This document shows positions 52,119 through 60,495 of a stretch of DNA of 64,000 nt, piece by piece. The stretch is from sequence record NC_048047.1. One strand, 5' to 3'. Below the pieces are notes generated by a model. It had not been told where the DNA came from, did not search any database, and saw nothing but the letters and a program-made list of their open reading frames with translations. The position numbers and the translations under genes are program-made. Each line of letters starts with the position of its first letter. Within the stretch, counting starts at the first letter, position 1.

Positions 52119-52132
52119 CGTCGATCGTGTCA
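52107..52132 (+). promoter_or_regulatory. Class II promoter: TTGACG-TC-GTGACG-TCGATC-GTGTCA
   Basis: Box matches the 5813 box at 17 of 18 positions. Confidence 0.7.
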
Positions 52133-52165
52133 TCTGGTCACCAATCATAGCAAGAAGCGTGCCAG

Positions 52166-52393
52166 ATGGCCCTCCTCCAACATTTCCAGATCGGCCAACA
52201 GGTCCGCGTTCGCCTCCTTGAGGACGAGCCCTGGACCCGTGATTGGCAGGACTACGCTGACCTGTGGGTCGCCGGTGTCGAATACGAGATCGGCAAGGGC
52301 ACGCCCTCCTACACCTTGTCCGATCACTGGCCGCCGCGTTCGCGAGGCGACATGACCAGCGAATTTTCCGAACACCACATCGAGGCCGTCTGA
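52166..52393 (+). CDS. Hypothetical protein (SH3-like beta pattern)
   Basis: FQIGQQVRV...VAGV.Y. Confidence 0.65.
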   Translation: MALLQHFQIGQQVRVRLLEDEPWTRDWQDYADLWVAGVEYEIGKGTPSYTLSDHWPPRSRGDMTSEFSEHHIEAV

Positions 52394-52683
52394 TGCTCAG
52401 CCGTCAAACCCGCACCCAGCACATCGTCCTCGTGACCGTCGATCCGGCCAAGTTCACGCCGGAGTTCATGGAAGAGTTCCGCGCCCACTTCTTCGACTAC
52501 GAGACGATCGAGGAGCACATCGAGCACCTGGGCAGCCTCTACGGGCGCGGGGTGATCGAAGGATTCCCCCACGAGTTCATCGAAGGCTATGGTGTCGCCA
52601 AGGAGATGGGCATCTCCTTCAAGACCCTCGTCGAGCAGACCGAACTGCTCTACGACTACGAGGAAGTGGAAATCCGCCCGTGA
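52393..52683 (+). CDS. Hypothetical protein
   Basis: TGATG coupling. Confidence 0.7.
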   Translation: MLSRQTRTQHIVLVTVDPAKFTPEFMEEFRAHFFDYETIEEHIEHLGSLYGRGVIEGFPHEFIEGYGVAKEMGISFKTLVEQTELLYDYEEVEIRP

Positions 52684-53207
52684 TCCTCGCTGACGAGAGC
52701 GCCAGCCTCGCGCCGGCGGCGGCTCCTCCGCTGGATAACCTCTGCTTGGAGGTCCAGGTCCCGCTGACCGAGGAAGAGAAAGACGCACGCTTCCGCGCCG
52801 CGATCGCCGAGGCCAAGAAGGCTTGGTACCCGAAGTCCAACGAAAAGGCCCTGCACGACTTCAGTCTGCCGGCCATCGTCCGGGGCTTCCTGGCGCTGCA
52901 CCAAGGACCGGCGACCGAGGTTCTGGCGATCGAGGAAGCAGGCTTCATGCCGCGCCTGTTCGCCAAGCATGGTGAGCGGCACTGCCAAGTCACCCTGGTC
53001 TCGGCCATGGACGACATCGGCATCTCCTACACCTACCAGCCTGACGGGTACGGCTACACCGAACGCCTGTCGATCTACGACCTGACCGACTTCACCTTGA
53101 CCAACCCTTTCCGCCAGTTCGGAGAGAGCGAAGAGGTCGAGTACGTCCAATACGAGAGCGGTCGGATCGGGCGTCGCAAGAAGCGTCGTCTACGGAGCCG
53201 CCTGTGA
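52680..53207 (+). CDS. Hypothetical protein
   Basis: GTGA coupling. Confidence 0.7.
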   Translation: MILADESASLAPAAAPPLDNLCLEVQVPLTEEEKDARFRAAIAEAKKAWYPKSNEKALHDFSLPAIVRGFLALHQGPATEVLAIEEAGFMPRLFAKHGERHCQVTLVSAMDDIGISYTYQPDGYGYTERLSIYDLTDFTLTNPFRQFGESEEVEYVQYESGRIGRRKKRRLRSRL

Positions 53208-54253
53208 TCCCGCATCTGGTCTTCTTCGCCGAGGGCGACGTCGTCTTCGACGGCAAGATGTACCATTTCGAGGACTGCTATGGCGGCGTCGGCGGAAGCT
53301 ACGACACGGCTGCCCAGTGCGCCTTCAAGGAAGGCTGGGAAGTTCTCGTCTATTTTGTTGAGCGATTCGATGAGATCAAGACGATCGAAGAAACCGAGCG
53401 CCTAATCAATCTTTGTCCTGAGACTGGAGAGCACCGTATCTGGTTGCTCAAGTCGAACTCCAAAAGAACGCGTCCCCTTCACATGAGCAAGACCTTCAGC
53501 TTGGACGAGCACATCAACAGTCAGCCGCTGTCGATCGACAAGCCTAAACTGGTTGATCCCGACGCGCTACACTACAACGTCTGGACCTCCTCAGGCCATT
53601 ACTTTGCCGGTGACGCCGAGGCCTACGTCAAACGTTTCAACCCGCGCCACGTCGAACCCACGCTCCAAAGCATCGTGGCGCACGCTCAGCGTAGCGACTA
53701 CGATCTCGTCATCACCAAAGGCGCGGCGACGACACGCATGATCCAGCGTTTCGGCGCCTTGGTCTACGACCTCAACGACGTCTTCATCGTTGACCCGAAC
53801 AATCCCGACCAACTCAAGGAAGTCGATCTCACCCAGCCCGACTGGGAAAAGGTGGTGCGAGGACAGGCTGCCCAGGCTCCGGCCAAGGAGCCCTTCGTCC
53901 TGCCGCCGGTCTTGGGCAAGTGGCTCGCCTTTGGTCTGCCGGCCCTGCTGTTCCTGCTGGTCCTCACCTTCACTGGAGCCTGGACGCCGATCTTCGATGT
54001 CCTGGGCGCCTGGGGCGTAGGCTTCGTCCACGTCTGCATTGCCATTGGGCACTGGTTCGCGGTCTACTGGTGGGTGCCACTGATCCCGATCGTGTTGATC
54101 CTGATGGTCACCGACGGGGGTATCGCCCTCCTCCTGGCCATCGCCGCCGTGTTTGGCTTGATCTGGGGTCTCTGGAGCGCCACCGTGGGGCTCTACCACT
54201 ATGGCAAGGAAATTCAGGCCAGGGAGCGGGCGGCGATCCATGCTCCACGCTAA
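53204..54253 (+). CDS. Hypothetical protein with C-terminal TM segments
   Basis: 349 aa; about 4 hydrophobic helices at the C-terminus. Confidence 0.75.
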   Translation: MIPHLVFFAEGDVVFDGKMYHFEDCYGGVGGSYDTAAQCAFKEGWEVLVYFVERFDEIKTIEETERLINLCPETGEHRIWLLKSNSKRTRPLHMSKTFSLDEHINSQPLSIDKPKLVDPDALHYNVWTSSGHYFAGDAEAYVKRFNPRHVEPTLQSIVAHAQRSDYDLVITKGAATTRMIQRFGALVYDLNDVFIVDPNNPDQLKEVDLTQPDWEKVVRGQAAQAPAKEPFVLPPVLGKWLAFGLPALLFLLVLTFTGAWTPIFDVLGAWGVGFVHVCIAIGHWFAVYWWVPLIPIVLILMVTDGGIALLLAIAAVFGLIWGLWSATVGLYHYGKEIQARERAAIHAPR

Positions 54254-54476
54254 CTGGCCCGGCCGACGGCCCGTTCTTCCGGGCGATCTGATCCTCCAAT
54301 TGGAATGGCGCGACGAGCCGGGCGCCTGGAAGGATGTCGAGCCCCTCAATCCGGCCCTGTCGTCGAGCTTCCAGCTTGCGGCCCTGGTCGAAGAAGGCAT
54401 GGTGTCGGTCCGCCGCTACGGCGACCTGAAGTACCTGCCAAACTTCCGCATCGCCACCTACGAGCCCCGCATATGA
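54240..54476 (+). CDS. Hypothetical protein
   Basis: ATG 54240. Confidence 0.65.
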   Translation: MLHANWPGRRPVLPGDLILQLEWRDEPGAWKDVEPLNPALSSSFQLAALVEEGMVSVRRYGDLKYLPNFRIATYEPRI

Positions 54477-54688
54477 CCTACGCAAGCAGACGTGAGAAGG
54501 TCAACCAGACCTATCAGGCCACCCGTGCGGTCGAGGCCGCGATCAACAATCTCGACTTCTCCGCTCTGGAGGATGGCGGCGCGCGCCTGATCGCCACGCT
54601 GGAGACTGCCCTGGGCAAGCACCGCGTCGCGGCGGACAAGGTCGCCGAGGAGACGCGGATTGACGGCATTATCAAGGGGGACCGTTAA
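54473..54688 (+). CDS. Small helical protein
   Basis: ATGA coupling. Confidence 0.65.
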   Translation: MTYASRREKVNQTYQATRAVEAAINNLDFSALEDGGARLIATLETALGKHRVAADKVAEETRIDGIIKGDR

Positions 54689-55419
54689 TGGGCTGGTCTG
54701 ACTGCGGCGATGACAGCAAGGGCCGCCCGATCGGATATGGCCACGCCGCGACCTGTGATCAGGAAGGCTGCACCGCCGAAATCCATCGCGGGCTGGCCTA
54801 TGCCTGCGGTGACATGCACGGTTCCTCACCCGGCTGCGAGGGCTACTTCTGCGACGAGCACATGGGCTCGGCCTGGGACCCCGGCGTGCAGCAGTACATC
54901 CAGGTCTGCGCCAAATGCGAGGCAGACCTGGAGAACGCCAAGGCCGAGGCCTACAAGGACGTTCTTCTGTCAGCCGTGCGTGTGGCCGCGCCGGCGCCGG
55001 ACTTCAAGCCGATCGACAGCAAGCGCATCGACGTCTTCCTGCAAGGACACTTCGTTGGGTCGCTCAAGGCCCGCGACAGTGGTTCCTGGGAGTTCGTCGA
55101 CGAGGGCTTCACCATGACCATGGGCAAGGATGCTCCTTCGGCGGTGTCGCGCTGTATCGAGCACTTCACCCAGCCACCGCTGACCCACCGTCAGCTTCGC
55201 GCCAGGATCATGGCGCTGATGGTCGAGTGGGACGACGAGGACCTTCATCTGCTCCCTACCGGGTCTGGCTTGGTGTCGGAGTCCGAGGAGAAGTCCATCG
55301 TCGCGGCCAAGGAACGCCACGCCAATTGGACGGTCAAGATCGAGCCCAACCAGGAGGTCATGGACCGCCTGAAGGACATGGCCCGCGAGCGTAACGCCCA
55401 GGTCAAGATTATCGCGTAA
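54688..55419 (+). CDS. Cys/His-rich Zn-binding phage protein
   Basis: GR.IGY...CD..GC...I.RGL.Y.CG..HG...GC..YFC..H. Confidence 0.75.
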   Translation: MGWSDCGDDSKGRPIGYGHAATCDQEGCTAEIHRGLAYACGDMHGSSPGCEGYFCDEHMGSAWDPGVQQYIQVCAKCEADLENAKAEAYKDVLLSAVRVAAPAPDFKPIDSKRIDVFLQGHFVGSLKARDSGSWEFVDEGFTMTMGKDAPSAVSRCIEHFTQPPLTHRQLRARIMALMVEWDDEDLHLLPTGSGLVSESEEKSIVAAKERHANWTVKIEPNQEVMDRLKDMARERNAQVKIIA

Positions 55420-55429
55420 GGAGAGCCCC

Positions 55430-55801
55430 GTGGGCCAGGATATCAAAGCCATTGGAGGCGTGGGCCTCATCATCGACCTCGACGATTTCGACCTGGACGA
55501 GGAGGTCGAGGAACTGCTGCGCGACGCCCTTAGCTGGGGTGACGACGGCATGACCTGCTCGAAGGTCGGAGCCTATCCCGACGAGACCGGCAGCAATCTC
55601 TTCTTCGTCGGTGTGGGCGTTGAGCGGGTTGGCTACGCCGAAATCGTCACCAAAGGCGCGCCCATCCCCGACCCGGCGAAGGTCAAGGAAAAGATCAAGA
55701 AGTTCCTCTACAGCATCGACGACCTCGACAAGAAGATCGCCGATGCCATGCTGGCCAAGAAGGCCAACTTCGGCCTCCACGCCAACGTCTACGTGTACTG
55801 A
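55430..55801 (+). CDS. Hypothetical protein, tandem paralogue C
   Basis: GVGLIIDL ... KIKKFLYSIDDLD ... FGLH. Confidence 0.75.
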   Translation: MGQDIKAIGGVGLIIDLDDFDLDEEVEELLRDALSWGDDGMTCSKVGAYPDETGSNLFFVGVGVERVGYAEIVTKGAPIPDPAKVKEKIKKFLYSIDDLDKKIADAMLAKKANFGLHANVYVY

Positions 55802-56262
55802 TGAGCACCGACTACACGCCCGGCGCCGGTATCGGCATCCTTCTGGACCTCAAGCGCCTGGACAAACCCGGCGGCGTCCAGCAATCCTGCGAGCACGAGC
55901 AACGGATTGGCCAGCGCTTCTGCCCGGTCTGCGGCAAAGCGGTCAAAAAGGATCGGCCGGCGATCGACTCGACCGCGCGATGGGCCGTGTCCGAGCAGTT
56001 CCAGGAGTGCCCGCAGCTTCAGAATCCCGAGGCCACGGACCTGATGCTCGCACATGCCGACTATCACGAAGACGTCTGGTTCCTAGGCTGGGGCAGGACC
56101 TTCGATCGCGACGATATGCTTGGGCCGTTCTCCCTCCCTGACCTGGAGGACCTGGACCGCAAGATCGAGACCTTCCTGAAGTCGATCAATGGCCTCGACG
56201 ACCCGGACGTCATCGTCAAGCCCAAGTCGTTTGGCTTCCACGTCTTCATGCCGGGGTGGTGA
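55801..56262 (+). CDS. Hypothetical protein, tandem paralogue D (Zn-ribbon insert)
   Basis: GIGILLDL ... CPVCG ... KIETFLKSINGLD ... FGFH. Confidence 0.75.
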   Translation: MSTDYTPGAGIGILLDLKRLDKPGGVQQSCEHEQRIGQRFCPVCGKAVKKDRPAIDSTARWAVSEQFQECPQLQNPEATDLMLAHADYHEDVWFLGWGRTFDRDDMLGPFSLPDLEDLDRKIETFLKSINGLDDPDVIVKPKSFGFHVFMPGW

Positions 56263-56264
56263 CC

Positions 56265-56546
56265 ATGTGCGGCTGCGTCAACGTCGAGATGGGCTCCTAC
56301 GCCAACCAGGAGGAGCGCTGGGCGCCCACGGGCCGGCTGGTGGGCATCGACCGCTGCCTGCTCGACGAGATCGAAGGCCTCTGGCGTCTGGGCGTCGTAA
56401 CCGTCGAAAGCTGCTGCGGCCACAATCAGGCCAGCGGCTACATCGCCGTGGCGTCTGGCCACGAGCCCATCATGCGGGCGATGGGCTACCAGCCCGATCC
56501 GCGTGTGCCAGATCGCGTCGACCTTTTCAGCCCCAAGAGCCTATGA
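56265..56546 (+). CDS. Small phage protein with ID...G..T..SCCGH motif (Taw3/TYW3-like pattern)
   Basis: IDRCLLDEIEGLWRLGVVTVESCCGH. Confidence 0.6.
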   Translation: MCGCVNVEMGSYANQEERWAPTGRLVGIDRCLLDEIEGLWRLGVVTVESCCGHNQASGYIAVASGHEPIMRAMGYQPDPRVPDRVDLFSPKSL

Positions 56547-56848
56547 CCAAGCTGCGCATCATCCCGTTGAGCCTTTTCCAGGCGCTGAAGGAGCAGCTTC
56601 CCCTGACGCGACTCCTGCGTAACTTCTTCGTCACCGGCAACGCCTGGGGCATGTTCCATGCCAATAGCCACATCGTCGGTGCAACGGGAAAACCCAAGGC
56701 CGTCCATCCGACCAAGGCCAGCGCCGAGAAGGCAGCAGCGTCCATGGCCAAGAAGCATGGCGGGGTCTTCAGACCCTACAAATGCGTCTATTGCACGGGC
56801 TATCACATAGGCAAGAACCGGCCGCCGGAGCCGCCTCAGGATGTGTGA
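56543..56848 (+). CDS. Basic protein with Y.C..C..YH motif
   Basis: ATG 56543; K...A.KAA...YKCVYCTGYHIG. Confidence 0.7.
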   Translation: MTKLRIIPLSLFQALKEQLPLTRLLRNFFVTGNAWGMFHANSHIVGATGKPKAVHPTKASAEKAAASMAKKHGGVFRPYKCVYCTGYHIGKNRPPEPPQDV

Positions 56849-57092
56849 GCCCGCAGAAAAGATCGGCAATGAAATCGGCGCCGATCCCTGGCTAATCGAT
56901 ACTAAGACCTGGAGCGACCAGGACATTTCGGAACTCAAAGATCGGCAATATACCGACGAAGAGTTCAAGCGCCTCTACATGCAGGAGTGGGAATATGAGC
57001 CAAGACCCCCTGAACCTCTTCAGTCACCGCCCGATCCTCGACCACGGCGAAGAACCCGCCCTTTCCGAGATTATCGAGACCTACTACGCTAA
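56841..57092 (+). CDS. Possible small ORF (overlaps the next gene by 98 bp)
   Basis: DPW...ELK....EEF.R.YM.EW; weak RBS. Confidence 0.45.
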   Translation: MCEPAEKIGNEIGADPWLIDTKTWSDQDISELKDRQYTDEEFKRLYMQEWEYEPRPPEPLQSPPDPRPRRRTRPFRDYRDLLR

Positions 57093-57381
57093 GCATGGGC
57101 TAGCGGCGGACAGGGCTGCCCAGGTCGCGCACGCCTACATGTCCAAGATGTCTTCGGACATCCAGGCTGCGGTCGCCCCCGATCCTCGCGACGACAACGG
57201 ACACCAACTGGCCCACCTGTCGGTCAAGGTCGCTGCGCTTCTGAAGCTGCCCGCCCAGTTGATCGCGGGCGATCGGGCGCACATCGCCGCCGTCAAGCTC
57301 TACAACGCCATCCAAAGCGGCGACCAGGACGAAATCTTCGCCGTCTTGCGCGAGATCAAAGAAGCGTTCCCAGCCCTATGA
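56995..57381 (+). CDS. Hypothetical protein
   Basis: GGAG RBS; coupled to the next gene. Confidence 0.7.
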   Translation: MSQDPLNLFSHRPILDHGEEPALSEIIETYYAKHGLAADRAAQVAHAYMSKMSSDIQAAVAPDPRDDNGHQLAHLSVKVAALLKLPAQLIAGDRAHIAAVKLYNAIQSGDQDEIFAVLREIKEAFPAL

Positions 57382-57854
57382 TTGCTGCCTGGAGCCCGCC
57401 GGCCGACGTGCGCGCCCGCAACCAGATCATCGGCATCTATGACTTCTCGCCGCGCTCCAATGCCCGCCCCGTCTATGCCATTTGCCTGGACATGGCCGAC
57501 CATCTTTTCGTCAAGGACATCTTCGAAGGTCGGCAGGACTGGTGCTTCGATCAGCTTGAGATGTTGCAGGAGCGCTATCCGGGGCGAGGATTTGCGTTCC
57601 ATCCTCTACCGCGCGATCTCCAGGTCCAGGTCGATGAGTGGGCGCGCCATCGCGGCGTGACGATCTGGACCAAGGGCACACGCGACCCTAAGCATCACGC
57701 GCATCTGGGGGTGATCCAGCACGCCATAGAACGCGGCGCCATCCGGCTGCGCCCCGACCTCATGATCGAGAACGCCGCCTATCTGGAGGCTCTGTTCTAC
57801 CCTTGGCAATGGTACCATCGCCCGCCGATAGCCGTTAACTATCTCGTGCAATAA
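57378..57854 (+). CDS. Hypothetical protein
   Basis: ATGA coupling. Confidence 0.7.
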   Translation: MIAAWSPPADVRARNQIIGIYDFSPRSNARPVYAICLDMADHLFVKDIFEGRQDWCFDQLEMLQERYPGRGFAFHPLPRDLQVQVDEWARHRGVTIWTKGTRDPKHHAHLGVIQHAIERGAIRLRPDLMIENAAYLEALFYPWQWYHRPPIAVNYLVQ

Positions 57855-57865
57855 CGCTGTTGACA
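57851..57865 (+). promoter_or_regulatory. Class I-like promoter (ATAACGCTGTTGACA)
   Basis: TTGACA, N16, CTATAT. Confidence 0.75.
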
Positions 57866-57927
57866 ACCTAAAGTCATGCGCCTATATGCCGCATCCTGAC
57901 GCGGATGCTATCATGGAGGCGCCACGC

Positions 57928-58050
57928 ATGTTACGACATATCTGGTGCGACATGTTTCACTGGCTTCGCTGGGAACTGCTCGACGCCAACGACCGAACCA
58001 ATCGTCGCTGGCGCTGCAAAGAGTGCGGCCAGCATCACCACGTCGACTAG
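57928..58050 (+). CDS. 40-aa Cys/His peptide (DUF1660-like pattern)
   Basis: GGAGG RBS; MLRHIWCDMFHWLRWELLDANDRTNRRWRCKECGQHHHVD; not in the ORF track. Confidence 0.6.
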   Translation: MLRHIWCDMFHWLRWELLDANDRTNRRWRCKECGQHHHVD

Positions 58051-58063
58051 AGGCCTTCGCCAC

Positions 58064-58276
58064 ATGCCCTGGGACCGGATGGAGCGCCACAAGACCCGTA
58101 GCTGCACCTCCAAGGTCCGCTACGGCTCCGAGGCCCTGGCCCGCGACGGCGCCCAGGACATGCTTCAGCGCACCGGCCGCAAACGCGCCGGCGTCTATCC
58201 GTGCGAGTTCTGCGGCCTCTGGCACGTCTCCAGCGACGGTGTCGGGCGCTTCATCGTCGTGCGAGAAAACTGTTGA
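58064..58276 (+). CDS. Small protein with C.SK.RY...Y.C..C..WH motif
   Basis: ATG 58064 after GAGG; stop codon inside the promoter motif. Confidence 0.7.
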   Translation: MPWDRMERHKTRSCTSKVRYGSEALARDGAQDMLQRTGRKRAGVYPCEFCGLWHVSSDGVGRFIVVRENC

Positions 58277-58278
58277 CA
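58261..58278 (+). promoter_or_regulatory. Class I promoter (GCGAGAAAACTGTTGACA)
   Basis: Repeat motif; drives the 719-aa/Pth2 operon. Confidence 0.75.
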
Positions 58279-58335
58279 AGCTCCTTCTAAGGCCCGATAA
58301 CGCGAGCCTCGACGACGAAGAAAGGCCCGCCGCCC

Positions 58336-60495
58336 ATGATGGAAGACAGCCCCCTTTGGAAAGCCATTGGTCTCTGGGAAGAGATCACCGGCGTGGCTGT
58401 GCCCAATGCCGACGGCTCGTTCAAGGGCACGCTGGGCGAATACGACATTCGCCAGACCTATATCGAACTGCGCGAGACCCTGGAGCTTGATCCCACCGAG
58501 GTCACGACGAACCTGATCTTCAACACGTTCGTCAAGCAGTGGATGGCCAAGCAGCAAAACAGCCTGCTCGACCTCTTCAACGACCCGGTCAAGTACGAGC
58601 AGAAGCTGGAAAAGCCGCGTCTGCTGATGAGCATCCTCAACCGCCCCGAGATCATCGAGGCGCGTGACGCGTTCCTGGCGTCGTTGAACGAACTGACCGT
58701 CCGGTACGGCGCCGATCAGCGCGCTGATCTCCAGAAGACCCTGGTACAGTACGACCTGCTCGCCTTCCTGCGCCGCGACGCGCTGCGGGCCTCCGCGCGC
58801 CTGCGCATCCACCAGTTCACCTCTGGCGCCCCAGAGGCTGCTGACTACAAGCCCGTCTTCGTCAAGACCGTCCACCAGTGGTGGAACATCAACTCGCTGC
58901 TCGAAGCAGCCCTGCGCATGCCTTCGGGCATCTCTCTGAACCTGATCCGCGACCCGGACATGTTCCAGTCGTTCTTTTGCTTCTGCATCCGCAATGGCGG
59001 CAACCTCTTCATCCTCACCGACGCGCCCGAGAACGCCCATCCCCTGCAAGGGTTGTTCCGTCGCAAGCCAGAACGCGCCTACGAGGCGCGCGTCAGCAAG
59101 TCGTGGTTCCCCTATGACCTGATGAACCTGGAGTGGGATGAGGAAACCGAACGCTATTTCCAGGCGGAGTCGACGGTCACCGCCCTGGCGACCTACCAGA
59201 ACCAGCACCTGCCGCTGAAGCCCTTCAACGAGCTTGACCCGGCCGAATTCCTGTGGTGCTCGATGATGCTCGACCTGATCGTCGAGAAGTTCTGGCGCCA
59301 GAACTATCAGCACCCCTCGCTGTCCTATACCGGCGAAATGCTGATCATCGAAAATCGCCTGGAAACCAGCGCCGCGAGCGCCGGCCTGCCCGTGGCCGCA
59401 TACCAGCCGCTGAACCTGCCGGCGCTGTCCGCCGCCGACATGAAGACCGACCGTCTCGACGAGGCCGCGATCGGCCTCTCCTACCACAAGCCCAACCTTT
59501 GGTTGGAGGAGCGGTTTGGGCACAAGGTCCAGGACGCGGCCCTAAACCTCGTGGCTGACACCAGCCAACTGATCCTGATGGACAAGTCGACGGGGGAGAT
59601 CACCACCGAAGGCCGCGAGTTCATCAAGAAGTACGAGGCCATTCCGTCGGTGTTCACCGACCGGAAGGCTCAGATGATGGCCGGCCGCGTCAAGATGCAG
59701 GTCCTCAATCCCACGCGGTTTGGCACCCGCGAGGAACTGGACAACGACCGCAAGTTCATCGCCCGCTACAACTACGCCACCGAAATCGGGCGCATGGCCC
59801 ATGAGGAGTTCGCGGCGCGCAAGGACGCGATCAAGGCGTGGTGGAAGAAGGCGGTCGAGAAGAACCGCGACAACCTCCTGGCCTACGCCGCCGCCGAGAG
59901 CGTCTGGGTCTGGTCGGACATGAAGGGCTCGGGCGACACCTTCGACCATATGCGCTCGGGCGCTGGGCCGCGCTATCGCGTCGACCTGGGCCAAGGCGAT
60001 CAAGGCGGCTTCCGCAGCCGCCGCTACAAGGACGCCCACAAGTTCACCCACCGCGTCCCGATGGAGAAGTTCGACTACTCCACCCTGGGCTTTGAGTGGG
60101 TCAATCTCGGCGACTATGAGCACAAGCGTCGCTATCTCTGCGCGATCAACGAGACCAAGGCCTCGTTCATGCAGTGCTTCCACCCGACCAATGCCGACGA
60201 ACTGGCGATCCTGGCCGGCTGCACCGTCGAGGAGCTTCCTGACGTGCTTCAGCACTGGACCCTGGCTGATCCCTACGACGGCAATCACCTCCTGAGCCGG
60301 ATCGATCCGCTCAACTGGAACGTCAAGAACCCGTGGCTGAGTCTGAGCTTCCGTGTCGGCATCCCGTTGTCGATGCGCGGCGCGGCCAAGATCGCACCGA
60401 TGGCCCGTAAGCCGGCGATCCCCAACATCATCCCGGACGATCTGATCGTTGACGATCGCCCCTCCTTCCCTTCGCCTTTCAGGACCGAACAATGA
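58336..60495 (+). CDS. Large hypothetical protein (719 aa)
   Basis: Longest ORF in the window, strong GC3 bias; no motif recognised. Confidence 0.85.
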   Translation: MMEDSPLWKAIGLWEEITGVAVPNADGSFKGTLGEYDIRQTYIELRETLELDPTEVTTNLIFNTFVKQWMAKQQNSLLDLFNDPVKYEQKLEKPRLLMSILNRPEIIEARDAFLASLNELTVRYGADQRADLQKTLVQYDLLAFLRRDALRASARLRIHQFTSGAPEAADYKPVFVKTVHQWWNINSLLEAALRMPSGISLNLIRDPDMFQSFFCFCIRNGGNLFILTDAPENAHPLQGLFRRKPERAYEARVSKSWFPYDLMNLEWDEETERYFQAESTVTALATYQNQHLPLKPFNELDPAEFLWCSMMLDLIVEKFWRQNYQHPSLSYTGEMLIIENRLETSAASAGLPVAAYQPLNLPALSAADMKTDRLDEAAIGLSYHKPNLWLEERFGHKVQDAALNLVADTSQLILMDKSTGEITTEGREFIKKYEAIPSVFTDRKAQMMAGRVKMQVLNPTRFGTREELDNDRKFIARYNYATEIGRMAHEEFAARKDAIKAWWKKAVEKNRDNLLAYAAAESVWVWSDMKGSGDTFDHMRSGAGPRYRVDLGQGDQGGFRSRRYKDAHKFTHRVPMEKFDYSTLGFEWVNLGDYEHKRRYLCAINETKASFMQCFHPTNADELAILAGCTVEELPDVLQHWTLADPYDGNHLLSRIDPLNWNVKNPWLSLSFRVGIPLSMRGAAKIAPMARKPAIPNIIPDDLIVDDRPSFPSPFRTEQ

